A stretch of DNA of 64,000 nucleotides. Source: Pelomyxa schiedti. Lineage: Eukaryota > Protista > Evosea. The stretch lies in the NCBI GenBank assembly GCA_020536535.1, contig JAHLWZ010000672.1:1-64000 (forward strand), written 5' to 3'. Position numbers and translations under genes: made by a program. Positions 51,763-64,000 of this stretch are shown one piece after another. The notes under the pieces were generated by a model. The model was not told the DNA's origin. It did not search any database and saw only the letters and a list, made by a program, of their open reading frames with translations. The stretch's first letter is position 1, and each line of letters opens with the position of its first letter.

Positions 51763-54700
51763 ATGCAGCCAACCAGCGACAGCCTCACTACGAGCGCGGC
51801 TCCTGCCCCCAACCACCCTCTCTCGTCCGCGACGTCCCATAATGGCAGCAGCAACGGCACCCCTCCGCCCCCGCTGATGCCCGCCCCTTCCACCTCAACA
51901 TCACCCCCTCTCAATCACAACACCACCAACAACAATAACGGCCAACAGCAGCACCAGACGGCACAACCACAACAACAACCACTCCCACTGTTTTTGGCTC
52001 CCTTGGGATCTGTGGGATACACAGCACCCACTTTGGTACCTGTTTCGGTTCCGCCGTTGATGCCCCCGGGCCTGGCAATCCCAACCTCCACCCCATCGAA
52101 TCCCACAATTGCAACAACCGCCGCCGCCACCAACGTGCTATCGCAGTCCGCTCCCATAATCCACCCCCCGGCGCCACTTCCCGCCAACACCACCACGCCG
52201 ACTACGCCACTTCTCTCGGTCTCGGTGCTCCCCACGCCCCCCGCCCATAATAAACCACCGCCGCCGCCGCTCGTCACGTCGTCGATGGCTGCCGCCGCAA
52301 TTGCTTCGGCCCACGCCATGGGGCACACTGTGGGCACATCCTCGATTATGGGAGGCAGAATGGCCGACGTGTGTGGTGACAAAGGAGGATACACGAGGAC
52401 TCCTGCCTTTTTTGGAAGGCTCTCATGTGTGCCTGGGGTTCTGGTTTTGACTTCTGTTGAAGTCAAGGCTGTTGTCAACAGGGTATTTGGTTCTGAGACC
52501 TCTTTGGCTGACCTTTTGACATCTGTTTATCTGGAAGGTTGGTTTGACTTTTTTTTTGTATCACTCACATTTGGATTCCTTACTGTGGTTATATTTTTGT
52601 GCAGAAGTATTTTCCAGGCAAGACCCAAAGTTTGAGTCACAGCCTCTGTACTTCTACTCCGAGCAAGGAGTTATTGGGTATAGAGGAGATCAACAACCTT
52701 TATTAAGTCAAGCTATGGCCGCCTTTTCTCAGCAAGAGAGAATGGCACAAAGTTATGGCCTTTCTGCACTTGCTACTCCTGACGACGTTGCACAATTTAA
52801 AAGGAGTGAGTGCCTTCTCCTTCTCTGGAAACATGTTTTCCCCCACTTATCCTCGTTTTTTCACAGATTTCCCTAATGCCACTCCATGGTATGCATTTTA
52901 CCGGTGGATTCACACAAAAGTCCAAGGCTGTAGTCCATATGATTTTGTGTCACACCCTGTTGCTTGTAAGATGCCTTTGGAATTTTCTTTTATGTCACAC
53001 ATTCTTTTAGGTGTGCTCGTTTGCTCTGCTCATGCACACACGACAGCTAATGTTGTATCTGCATTCAACACACTTTGGCCTCCAGAACAGTGTGCTTCCT
53101 CTGATTTTTTTCTCCTCCCACTTTTCTTAGCTTGTTGACTAACATGGGTACCTTCCCAATAGTGGTCCAGCACTGTTTCGTGATAGATCATTTCTAGATC
53201 CAAAAATTGAAAAGTACTACCTTCTATTGCAGCACCAAGGTTGTCAATGCCCTTTTTTTACGAAAAATAGTTCCTTACATCCAAATTTCAGATGCTCCTC
53301 CAAAGTTCGCGGAACCTCTCCTTGAAGAGATGAGGGGGAAATTATCTCAAACCAACTGCTCTCTTCTAAAATTACTCTCACTGGCAACGCCTCCAATAGT
53401 TACACCAGAACCTCGGTTTCCATTTTCTCTATTCACTCCACTTTTCCCTGGAATGCCCGTAAGTCATCCTTCTTGGTCGATTTTGTTAACCAATCCAATC
53501 AGGTTCCACCTCCCGACAAGCTTGCCATTGATGATTTTGTAAAGCAACACTTGCATCCAAAAATCTTGGCCTGGATACATAGAATAATAAATAACTATTC
53601 TCAGCAGGTTTACTATAAAATTCCAATGAAATTATTTTATATTTTTAAGGTCACCTATGCAAGAAAAACTTTGACAAATCAAATGAGTCGCTGGTTTGGC
53701 AGGAAACAACCTTGTCCACACCCTGACTTGTAAGTCTATTTTGTAATTGGAATACTTGGGAGAAATCAACTCACCTAACAATTTCACAATACAGAGCATC
53801 CCTTCCCCTTGATTATCTGACAAGAAGGCTGGCTGATTTTTACATGCTAGATCAAGACTTTGATAAAGCTGTAAAGAGCTATGAAATTTTTCTGAAAGAT
53901 AATGATGGGAACGTAAATTTAAAGAAGTGCTTAGCCGCAGCAACGGTATTCACTCGTACCCTCCCCTTTTCTGAACCGTCTTAGGAACACATTGCTCTTG
54001 CACATTTCCTTATTGGGAACAATATGTATGATAGCGACTACTATTATAAGGCAGCTCGAGAACTATACAAGCAAAGGTTTGAAATAGAAATGTAATTCTT
54101 TTCCTAACAGAATAAAGTGGTGACTCGAAAAATGCCTTAAGAGTGTCAATGATGCACGGCAGTATTTTGTGGTATAGAAAAGACTTCAGGAATACTGACG
54201 ATTTATACAGTGCTCTCTCTGAACAAGTAATTTCTCCCTCATTTCAGCCATCCTTAGCATTCCTTTCTCAGCCAGAAAGTGACGAACTTGCTTCAGCAAT
54301 TCTTGCTGAACAGTCAGCTTTTTGTGCCATGTGGGGGCAACATGTAACATCTCCAAAGAAAATTTGCTTAAGGTTGCATAACATGTTTTCCTCCTTTTTT
54401 TCATTGTTTGTGTAGAATCCTTTCAGCTGGAGCAAAATATGGAACAGCAAGACAGGTTTTTAAGAAATTCCCACTCAGTTGTCCTGACGAAAAACAAAAA
54501 AAAATTACAACTTAAAGCCTGTTCACGCAATGAGATGTTATAAGCTTGTATATTCATCATTCATAAATAGAAGATGGTACTCTCTGGAAAACCATCTCAA
54601 TTTCGCAATGGTTCGATTTTCATATGATCTAAAAAAAATCGATGAAGCTGTGGAGTTTTCTACAAGACTTCTACGTGGGGCACCAAACCTCCCATTGCAC

Positions 54701-57477
54701 ATCCAAAATACAGTCCTGCGTCAATTCGTGTTCCTACTTAAGGTAGTTTTCATTCTATAAGATTCAGGTTTTTACCTTATCCATGGCATTAGGCACGAGC
54801 AGAGTTTCATGCCCATGACATCCCTGAACTGCCACTGCCAGTCATTAAAAAGAAATCTTTGTCTATTTATTTAAATGATGACCCTCTTTTATGTGCTTCA
54901 AATAAGTGCCCAATGCCAACAAATTTTATGTAGCTCCCCGTTTTTGGGAAATCAATGTTTCTAAAACTAATTTAGGACCTTGAAAAGCATGGGAGATCAT
55001 GTGGCTATCATCGGTGAGACAATGAAAGTTGAACTTGAAGTCATAAACCCGATGCTGATGCCACTCCAATTTGATTCTGTACAACTTGTTGCCCTGCATT
55101 CTCATTCAGGTCACACTTTAGCTTTTAGTGCCTGTGTTTATGTGTACTTAGGTTTTGAAGAACAACCTTGTTTCGACGTGTCCCCCATCGATCTTGTTCT
55201 TGCTCCTTGTGAAAGCAAAAAGGTTTTTTATCTTGTAATGGATGAAGAATCATGTCGCAGGTGATAAATTGCCATTTTTTAGATAGAACTGTCTCTCACT
55301 CCCCGCACTATTGGGAATCTGACATTGCTGGGTGTTTCATTCCAGCTTTGCCGGGCAATCCTTGGACAAGTTCACTTCCTCCCAGAACACTTTTCTATCC
55401 TCCCTTCACCAGCGACTCCACAAAGCAAGCCAGAATTACCAAAGATAGCCATATTTAATGAAATGCCTCACTTGACCTTGGAGGCTGATGTTTCACCCAA
55501 TGTTCTGGAAGGTGAGGTTTGTGGTGTTGCATTGCTACTGAGAAATGAATCTGCGAACATGCCAATTTATCATGTTGACGGAGTCATCACAAGACCAGAA
55601 TTTTTTTGCTCAATGACAGATTCCCCTACACCAATTTCAGTACAGCCACCCTCACCATCAACACCACCCCTTGGGAATGCAGACCCACAGCTTTCTGACA
55701 CTATCAGTACCACTGACCCAAAAAAAGAGAACAGTATCCCATGTCCTTGTCCAGAATATTTAATGCCAATTGATCCAATCGAACAAATCCCACCTGGTGG
55801 GGAAGCCAAAATCAACTACTTCATGAGGTAATCTTATTTTTCTCAGTGTACCTTGAGTTTGATTTTCTCTCCCGTTTCCAATATAAAACACAAATTTCTC
55901 AGACCACCGAAAACTGGATTACAGCAGCGTTATGTAACACTTCTTCATTTATTGGCAGAAAAACTCACTCACTTTTACATAAATAACACCCAAGACTTTT
56001 CATATTGCTCTTCGGTATGAAAGTTCCCCAACAAGCCCTCCTGTTCCTTCTCCTCCCCCCCCACCACCCCCCCCGGCATCTCCCCCTTCGGTTTCTCAAC
56101 GACAATCAATGCCACCTCTATATTCCGGCCTTCTCTCTCCTTCAGAACTCTCACCCTCTCTTCTATCTTCAACTCCAATCACGCAATCCCCTAACGGTCC
56201 AGCACTAACAGTTGGAGGAATGCCTTTAAACACATCTTTATTGTCGTCAACACCAGTAGTGTTGACACGTCACCATAGCCAACCACAAATACAGTCTCCA
56301 CAGATTCACACTTCACAGTTAGCACCCCCAACAGAACCACCACTCACCTGCCGATATGTGCATAAACATTACGAGATCAACGTGTTCCCATCTGTACACA
56401 TAGTCCAATATCTGCATCCATCCACATGCTCATCGCAAACACGAATTTTGCAGCTTAAGGTAGTTGGTTATTCTTTGTTGGTATCCCCCTTACCCATATG
56501 CAATAGGTTACAAATCTTCACACGCAATTCAATTTATGGCCATTCCAAGTGAGTTGTATCAGCAGTAACTGGTCTTTATCAATGTTATGTGAACAGTCTT
56601 GCAAACAATGCCTAATACCACCAAAGGTTTTTTCCTTTTCTTGTTTCAGTATTCTAATTCTGGTGTTTCAACATTAGTCAACAGCAAACATACTACTTAA
56701 AGTAACCCCCAACACTACCCACAATCCAACATCATCAGTCATCCTTTCTCAAGCACCAAAACGTGATGTCATTGACGTTACACAACCACCTTACTCAAAA
56801 TTTGCAGCAGTACAAGGCAAAGGCACTTCCAAACCATTACAATTCAAGACTTATTTTAGCTTTGCCAGAAAAAATAAAAACAAAAGGATCACCATCAGTT
56901 TTACAAGATTCCCAGCTTATTGTACTGTGGGAGTTCACTCACAGTGGACGAGTCATGCGAGGACAGTACAACACTCCTCTCTGTCCGATTGACCTCACAG
57001 TCGCTGGGGTATGTGCAACCGTGGAGCCTGCTGCTATTCCCACAAACCACAACTTTGTCACAGAAAGGTCCTTTTCCCCACATATGTGTTATTTTAATAC
57101 CCTGCCTGGTATTCCCTCCCCTTAATTGTAACTCCACAAAGATGCTGCACCACCCCTGTCAGTTTCACACTACGGAACAATAGCACCGTAAAAAAAACGG
57201 TATCCATTGACACATGCCTGGATGCCCAGAGGTATGAAAACACATTACTCCTCCTCTTATCCTAATATCACACTCCAGTACACCCACTCTATTCTGGTCC
57301 GGTCTCTGCTCCACCAAGATGGATGTGGAGCCTAACTGTATCGGCACAATGACCACCAATGCGTGCTTCCTGCACAGGGGCATGTATGACCTGAACTTAG
57401 TGAAGGTAACTCCAACACTTCCAAATTCACAACCAACAATCTACCTCCACATCCATGTAATAAATAATAATATTTAA
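51763..57477 (+). CDS. TRAPPC8: TRAPPIII subunit TRAPPC8/Trs85
   Basis: TPWYAFYRW..YDFVSHPVACVLV, RRLADFYML.QDFDKA, ASAILAEQSAFC, AIIGETMKVELEVINPM. Confidence 0.82.
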
Positions 57478-57639
57478 ATATCACCCAGAACATTACATAA
57501 CTCAACTGTCAAAGGTGAGTGTTGCCGATTCTGATAAGAGGACCACAACAACAGTCAATGTTCCTCACCACCTCGTTACTCTTTCATGATGGGAAAAAAA
57601 GTGGAAGAAAAGGAAAGAAATTTTTTCTTGTGTTTATCA

Positions 57640-60600
57640 TTCACTTGTTCTTGGCTTCTTGTTGTATCTGAATCCTTCCATTTGGTTTTGTGCATTCTTT
57701 GTGGCTGTTTCCATGTGGAACACCGGGATATCTATCTCTTCCTCCCTGTCATCTAGAGTCCCATCATCTACAGGCTGTGTGAGTCAATGAAAAGTACGAA
57801 AGCAAACAAACCGATTGGGATTGGCCTTGCAGAGGGTCGTTTCACCTACTTGGAAGTCAGCTGAGAGGGACATAGTTCTAGAGAGATTACTGGTGGACTG
57901 GTGGTTTCTTCTGTGGCCTCGTCATCCCCCTGACTCTCGGAATTTCCTGATTTGCGTCTCCGGGTCCTGGACTTAGTCTCCCGGTAATTGGCCATGCGTT
58001 CTGCATAGGTATCCACTACCTCCATGATATCATGGAGAAATTGCGTAACAACCTCTTCAGCATCCTTTCCCTGTTTGCCTTCAAAGTCAGCTGTACCCAG
58101 ACTATCTGTGTGCCCATCAAGGGCTTGGCCAACAACATCCAATTTGCGCTCAATCAGCTCCCTAATCGCTATGGTGGTTAAATAGCGGAGAGTTAAGGAA
58201 TAAAACCAGATCATTTCATCAACTGTGTTCCGGGCAATGAGGTATTGTATAGTAACTGCATTCCTCTGTCCAATCCTATGGATACGATCTTCTGCTTGCC
58301 TGAGTGCCTACATCATCAAAAAGTGTCACTTCCAAACACAAAGGTCGCAGTGAAAAGGGAGCAGACCCCTGGATTCCAAAACAACTCGGCAAATATTGCT
58401 TGGGAAGCAGCAGTAAGGGACAGTCCTACACCGCATGCTGTTATGCTTAGTAACGCAACTCTACAAGACGAGTCCTCTTGAAAGACTTGCACAAGGCCGT
58501 GCCTTTGTTGAGCAGGAGTCTTCCCATCAATACGTATAAATGAAACTCCTTTTGTCTGTAACATCTAAGATGGGGAAAAGCACGGAAGATGAAATACCTT
58601 CAGGCAGTTGGAAAGACCATCTAGGACATCTTGGTGGTGTGCAAAGACCAAGAATTTCTCGGAGCAACCCTCCAACTTATCGGTAATAAAATCGGTTACG
58701 AGAGGGAGTTTGGCAGCCCCTGAATAATACAAATAAATGAGGATGTAAATAATGCTCGGTCAATGCCAACCGGAGTTTCTGTAGAGTTCATAAAGGAGTC
58801 TCTTAGCTTCAGATCGTGAGCTTTGCTCATCTTCCGCAGTGTCACCTGGTTCAGCCCATCGTTGGTTCGAAATTAGATGAAAAAAGTGAAGCTTACCCTT
58901 CCTAGCATGACGTAAATCAGAAAAAATCTGGTGTATGATTTCGACATGAGATTCCACAATGCCAATGTAAATCTAACCAAAGAATCCAAGAATAAGCTTA
59001 TCTTGGATTCAACAGAATTACCCTTTCTCTTCTTTTCTCAGGGAGTTCGGTGAGAACCTCTTGTTTTAGTCGACGGATCATACAAGTACCGAGTAGAACA
59101 TTAAGCTCCTGCAAGTTGGTGGCTCCATCAAAATTCCAACCAAATCTGGTCTTTTCCAAAATTAGAATATAAGCTGAGGAAAAGTTAACATGCCCGCTGT
59201 CCGCCACAGTATCTCAGACCAAACTCCATAAAATTGGGAAACATTCTTGGGTCAATTGCGTCTATTTGCGTGTACAGTTCTTGTGGACGGGAAAGAGCTG
59301 GAGTTCCTGAAAGAAGTATTGCATGCCTTGCTTGCTTTCCGTTTGTTTTTTGAGTTGCGACATAGGAAATCTGGTTCAAGACATACCTTCAAAAGTTGAG
59401 TTACGCTTCTTGTCCTTTTTGCTACACGGTTTTTCAAGAAATGACTCTCATCGGCAATTACAATCTGGGCACAGAATTGGAAATGAAAAGAATGCAACAG
59501 AAATGCCTTAAAGTTTCTCTTTTGTAGCATGGGGAGCAACTTGCAGACAAGATCGTAAGACATTATTACAATTTGACCGGTCTCCACAGAGGTCTTTCCT
59601 GTCATGATCACGTTTATGTCATCGCCACCAACTCCCAGCCAATCTTCAAACATCTTCATACTGTCGGAAAAACCACCATAAGAAAAGAGAGGATTACTGT
59701 TGCCCATTGCAGTCTCAACGAAGAAGGCGCTATAACCAGCAAAGGCCAATCAATTTTATAATAAGCTGCTATTCCCATTGCTTGAATTGTCTGAAATGTA
59801 CAATTTGATAAACGAAATTTTAAAGAGTCGTTATACTTTCCCCAGTCCCATGTCATCAGCTATCAGACAACGTCCTTTGTGTTGAATTCCAAAACTAAGG
59901 AGGGTAAGAGACATCTCAGCCGACTGTGCATGGAATAACCTAATTCCCAGTCTCTGAAAAGGAAACAAAGCGTTTCTCATCTTGCCTGGAAATACTGACA
60001 TGTCAACAGTCACCTTACTGAGGTAAGAGCGTTTTCAGTGTAAAGTGGATGGTGATAAGACCTCAGGAGTTGTTTCAACAGTGCGGATAGCATTTAAAAC
60101 GGTTGTTGGTATCCGTTTAATTGTCACTGAGGAAGACAGAGTTTCAAGATTGGATAAAAGTGCCCTGTAGGAAGCAAGAGGAAAACTCCACCACTTGCTG
60201 GCAGAATCTATGTGAGTTGAGTTGCAGAATAAAACGAAGAACTCCAAAAGCACCATAAAAGCTGCCGGAAATGGTTTGAAAAATCGCAGCAGGCGTCCCT
60301 TGTGGATTACAGCCTGTGCCAAAGGTTTTTGCTGACATAAGGCTAAACTCAATGACAATTGGAACAAGTGTTGTGAGCTTTTGGACTGAGGAGGAGTGGG
60401 AAGGCTGTGAATTAGATGGTTGAACAACAGGCTTTTGTACAGTGCCAGAGTGTGGTAATGGTAGTTGTGACTGTGGTGTCTTGGGTGGTTGATTTGGGGG
60501 TTGGCTCAGGGACAACGGCTTCAATGCTCCAGGAGGTGAAACATTATGGTGTTGTGTTATGCTTTGCTGTGGTGATGTGCGGTTGCACTGTGCAGGAAGA

Positions 60601-61349
60601 GGCTTTGCAGTGGGTGACGTGGAGCTACGATATTGTGCACTGATCATCACATTTGGTTGCTGGCTACCAGTTGGTATGGACTGGGGAGAAGAGACTGGTG
60701 ATTTACGTGCATTGGGCTGTGATGAACAAGGAAACTGGCTTTGCATGAAGGCGGCTTGGTTTCGAAAGTGCTCCGTAGGCGTAACTGTCCTCCGTGCCAA
60801 AGGCGAACACAATTGCACTGGGGGAGGCGGTGACTGAGACTGAGACCGGGGCTGGGGCTGACACTGCAAGCCCCGTCTCTGAGAAAACGACGACAAAGGA
60901 GTACCGCTGCCCTTGCCACTGGAATTAGCAGAATTTCGCAGAGAGCCACTATTAATGACAGAGTTTGACTGCTGAACACTCGTATTGTGAAAATGTCCAC
61001 ACAAAGAGTTCTGAGATGTGCTACTCCCAGGCGATCGATTGTTCACACCCGAAGACATCGATACAGAAGAAGAAGACGTTGTCGTGGTGGTAGTAGCAGA
61101 CGTACACCCAGGTCCAGATCCAGAGTTGTCGTAGACCGTCGTCGTAATCTTATTCCCGGTGGTGGTTGTATCAGATCCGGTAGTAGGTTGATGCAGGGCG
61201 AGTTTCAACGCTGTTTCTTGTTCGAACTCGTCCAGATCTGCCGCGGACACCCAGTCGAATGCCGCATCCACCGAATCTAGATCTTCCGCTGATGGCACCC
61301 AGTCGTACGACGCCGCACTGTCGTCGTTTCCGTTGTTCGCGTCACCCAT
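57640..61349 (-). CDS. SMARCAL1: SMARCAL1/ZRANB3-like SNF2 annealing helicase with HARP-like domain; 3' end approximate
   Basis: WWSFPLASY (HARP), [60 protein letters not shown]. Confidence 0.9.
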
Positions 61350-61467
61350 TTTTAAAAAAAAAAATGATTAAAACCTGCCAAACGTGGGATTTTGATTTTT
61401 TTCCTGAGGGGTGGGAGCAAGAAGAGCGCCAGGGTTATTATGGGTGGTGAATGGTAGGATTCGGGAA

Positions 61468-63745
61468 TCAGAGCCAGTGAAAGGGAGAAAGAAATGAAAG
61501 GATATGGTGCACAGCGTGTTGTGGCAACCTTCCAATGGCATGTGGTTGTTGTTGTTGTTGTTGTTGTTCTTGTTGAGGCCTGGCTTTTGATGATGGGTTG
61601 TTGTGCAACCAGCAGAGCAACACGGTCTTGAGGACGTGGACCTTGAACCACCACGGGAAGAGGTTCTGCCTCTCCGGGTCCCACAATTGCGCTGCCACGA
61701 AGAAGCGGTCCATACTTGGGCTCTGCGGGTTCGCCCCCTCTCCCTTCACTGTGAACTGCTCCATCACGTTGCGTTCGCCGCTCCTTTCACGCTCCGGCAC
61801 AGCCAGGCCATGGCACATCAGTACCTCCGTGACTTCCAGGTATCCCCCCTTAATAGCACTCAGAACGAGGTCCGGGGAGTTCGGGATGTCGCGAGGCCGG
61901 CACAGCGGCAGGAGCCCGCGGACCAGGTCGGCTTTGCCGTGCGAGGCTGCCCAGGCCAATACGTTGGTGCGGTAGTCTGTGTGGTTGAAGAACGGCAGGC
62001 GGATCCCCATGTCGAAGGCCTCTTGGATTTCCGGGGGGATGGGGCCCGGGTCCGCCCAAAAGTGCAGCTGCTTAGGCTCCAATCGGCTCAGCACCGCGAG
62101 CTTCGTGACTTGTTGGGCGGAGGATTTCTTTTCCAGCAGCCACTTGATTACAATCTCGAGGCTTTGGGCGGCCGCGTTGCTGAGCCGCTGTATCGGGGCT
62201 TGTTCTTCGGCCTGAAGTACTGGGAGTGAGAAGGGTGCCTTTCTTGGCTCGCGGGGTGGTGGAGGGAATTGGCTGATAAGGATGGCTTTGAGAAGGTGGA
62301 TTAGGCGTTCTCCAGCTTTTCCGGCCAAATGAGTCTTTAGGGTTTTTTGAAGGAATTCTTCTAAGTTAGGCACCTGCTTTAAGAGTACCAGTACAAGCTC
62401 TTCATTCTTCTCAGTCAAGGGTAGCATTTCTGGGAGATAACATGACTCAATGAACCGGTTCAAGGAGGAACCGCCAAAAACGCGTGCTTCCAACAACTGT
62501 GCCACCGCGCTTTTCCTCACTGATGTCGATGCTGCCAAAAGTAACGCTCTAATCATGCACTGCGGGTCGATGGTTCCAAATTGCTGACACATTCCAAATT
62601 GGGAGATGTGGTTTTCCATGCCACTTTCCACTTGAGTTGCGTGAATTATAAGTTCTCTTACTCTATTCGCACTGGTTTCCATTGAACGTTTGTTTTGTGG
62701 TTTGGATTGATTGAGCTTCTTCATCAAACCAGCAATCACGGACCCAAACTGAGGAAGATCTTTGATTGTGGTGCTGCAGAACTTCAACATCTGGAACAGG
62801 AGTCCATTGTAACCTGTACTGTGCCTTGCCAACGCTTGTTCAAACAAGCACTCAACTGAACTTTGACTCAACCTTGCAAACACTTGCTCCACAGAGAAAA
62901 GGATTTCCAGGATTTGTGGCGAACCTTCTGCGGCGGCAATCGTGACAGCTTTCACAACGAGTTTTTCTTCAACAGTTCCTCCAGAAATGATTACAGGGAT
63001 GATGAGCAACGGTGCTTGAAGACACTCGCTACTTTCACTTCCAATGTGATTCTCAACGAATTCTAGGATGGTTTTCATATTCCGAGGATCAACAAAACAC
63101 AGCATTGTCAACTTTGAAAGGAGCTGTGTGATGAACTTGGGGGACATAGAGGCGAAGGCGCAAGGGCCCTTCACAGTGAACATTTCCCAAAGTTGCATCA
63201 GAGCAGTAAGAATACGGGCACTGGTGTTGTTGCCCGGTTGTCTTAGGAATTCCACAGCAAGCTTTGAAGCGTGATCGGGCAAAGTGTCCCAGCCATTCAA
63301 CCAACCAAGTAAGTTTAGTGCGGATTCGGATTCCCTTTCAATTCCAGCAACTGCAAGCTCGAATATCTCGCAGACGTCGAGAACCAGCCGCGGCAGGACA
63401 GGAGCCAGGTTGACGCAGCACGTGAGTAGCTCGTCGCACGCGGAGCCAAGCAGCGCCTGGCCCCGCGCGACCGCGGCCAGCTGGGCAGCGAACGGCGCGA
63501 ACAAGTGCTGGCACCCGCGGGCCCACGCCAGCCGCTTCAGCACGGCGGCCGCGGCGGACCTCTCCGTGCGGTCGTCGGGCCTGCCGGCCACGCGGAAGGC
63601 CATGCCCAGCGGGACGGGCCCCAGGCAGCCGCGCACCTCGTCGTTCCATATGTCGAACCCAGAGATCATCTTGCGGAGCGCCTCGTCCATGCACAGCAGC
63701 AGAACCAACTCGTAGTGGTGCCTGGTGCCCCGCGCCTGCGCCTGC

Positions 63746-63800
<55 letters not shown>

Positions 63801-64000
63801 GCCGGCCCTTGCCGCGGCCGCGGGCACGAGAAGGAGGGGCGGGGGTGGGGGCAGGGAGGGGCTCGAGAAGGGCGTCGGGATCGCCGCGGGCCACGCGGGA
63901 GAGCTTGGGGTTGCGGGCGAGAATATCGCCCATGGAGATGTGGGAGCTGACGTCGGCGTGGCGGGCGAATCTGGCGGCCTGCTGCCGGGCCCGCGGCAGG
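61468..64000 (-). CDS. Large intronless helical-repeat protein with C-terminal ankyrin repeats and terminal F-box-like motif; ORF open to the window edge
   Basis: Uninterrupted ORF of 821+ aa. VLAWAASHGKADLVRGLL, SAIKGGYLEVTEVL; terminal LPQHAVHHILSFL. Confidence 0.75.
63734..63800. repeat. (CCTGAG)n coding microsatellite encoding (QA)n
   Basis: Tandem cctgag/cctgcg hexamers. Confidence 0.9.

Overview
Gene-dense, intron-rich eukaryotic DNA. It uses the standard code, has many 40-70 nt introns and very short intergenic spacers, and contains three 100-N scaffold gaps. Gene content and style suggest an amoeboid protist, possibly Amoebozoa/Archamoebae (inference only). Recognisable genes: tandem F-box-like/TM/FYVE paralogs, a ricin-B lectin + metallophosphoesterase, a cortactin-NTA-like microprotein, RasGEF, Vti1 SNARE, a CaMK-type kinase, C2-RasGAP, WDR59/SEA3, an LRR-gelsolin-villin-headpiece protein, a dual-specificity phosphatase, a WW-WW-FYVE-ARM protein, TRAPPC8, a SMARCAL1-like helicase and a large intronless ankyrin protein. 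The accessory region (~14.6-24.9 kb) is a tandem segmental duplication. It carries an ankyrin-repeat-like gene fused to a C-terminal Vint-type Hint (autoprocessing) domain; one copy is intact and the other has lost its catalytic motifs. The junction between the copies holds a direct-repeat-flanked minisatellite and strong hairpins. A perfect 48-bp inverted repeat brackets the promoter and first exon of the villin-like gene. Exon boundaries were inferred by eye, and several gene ends are approximate.
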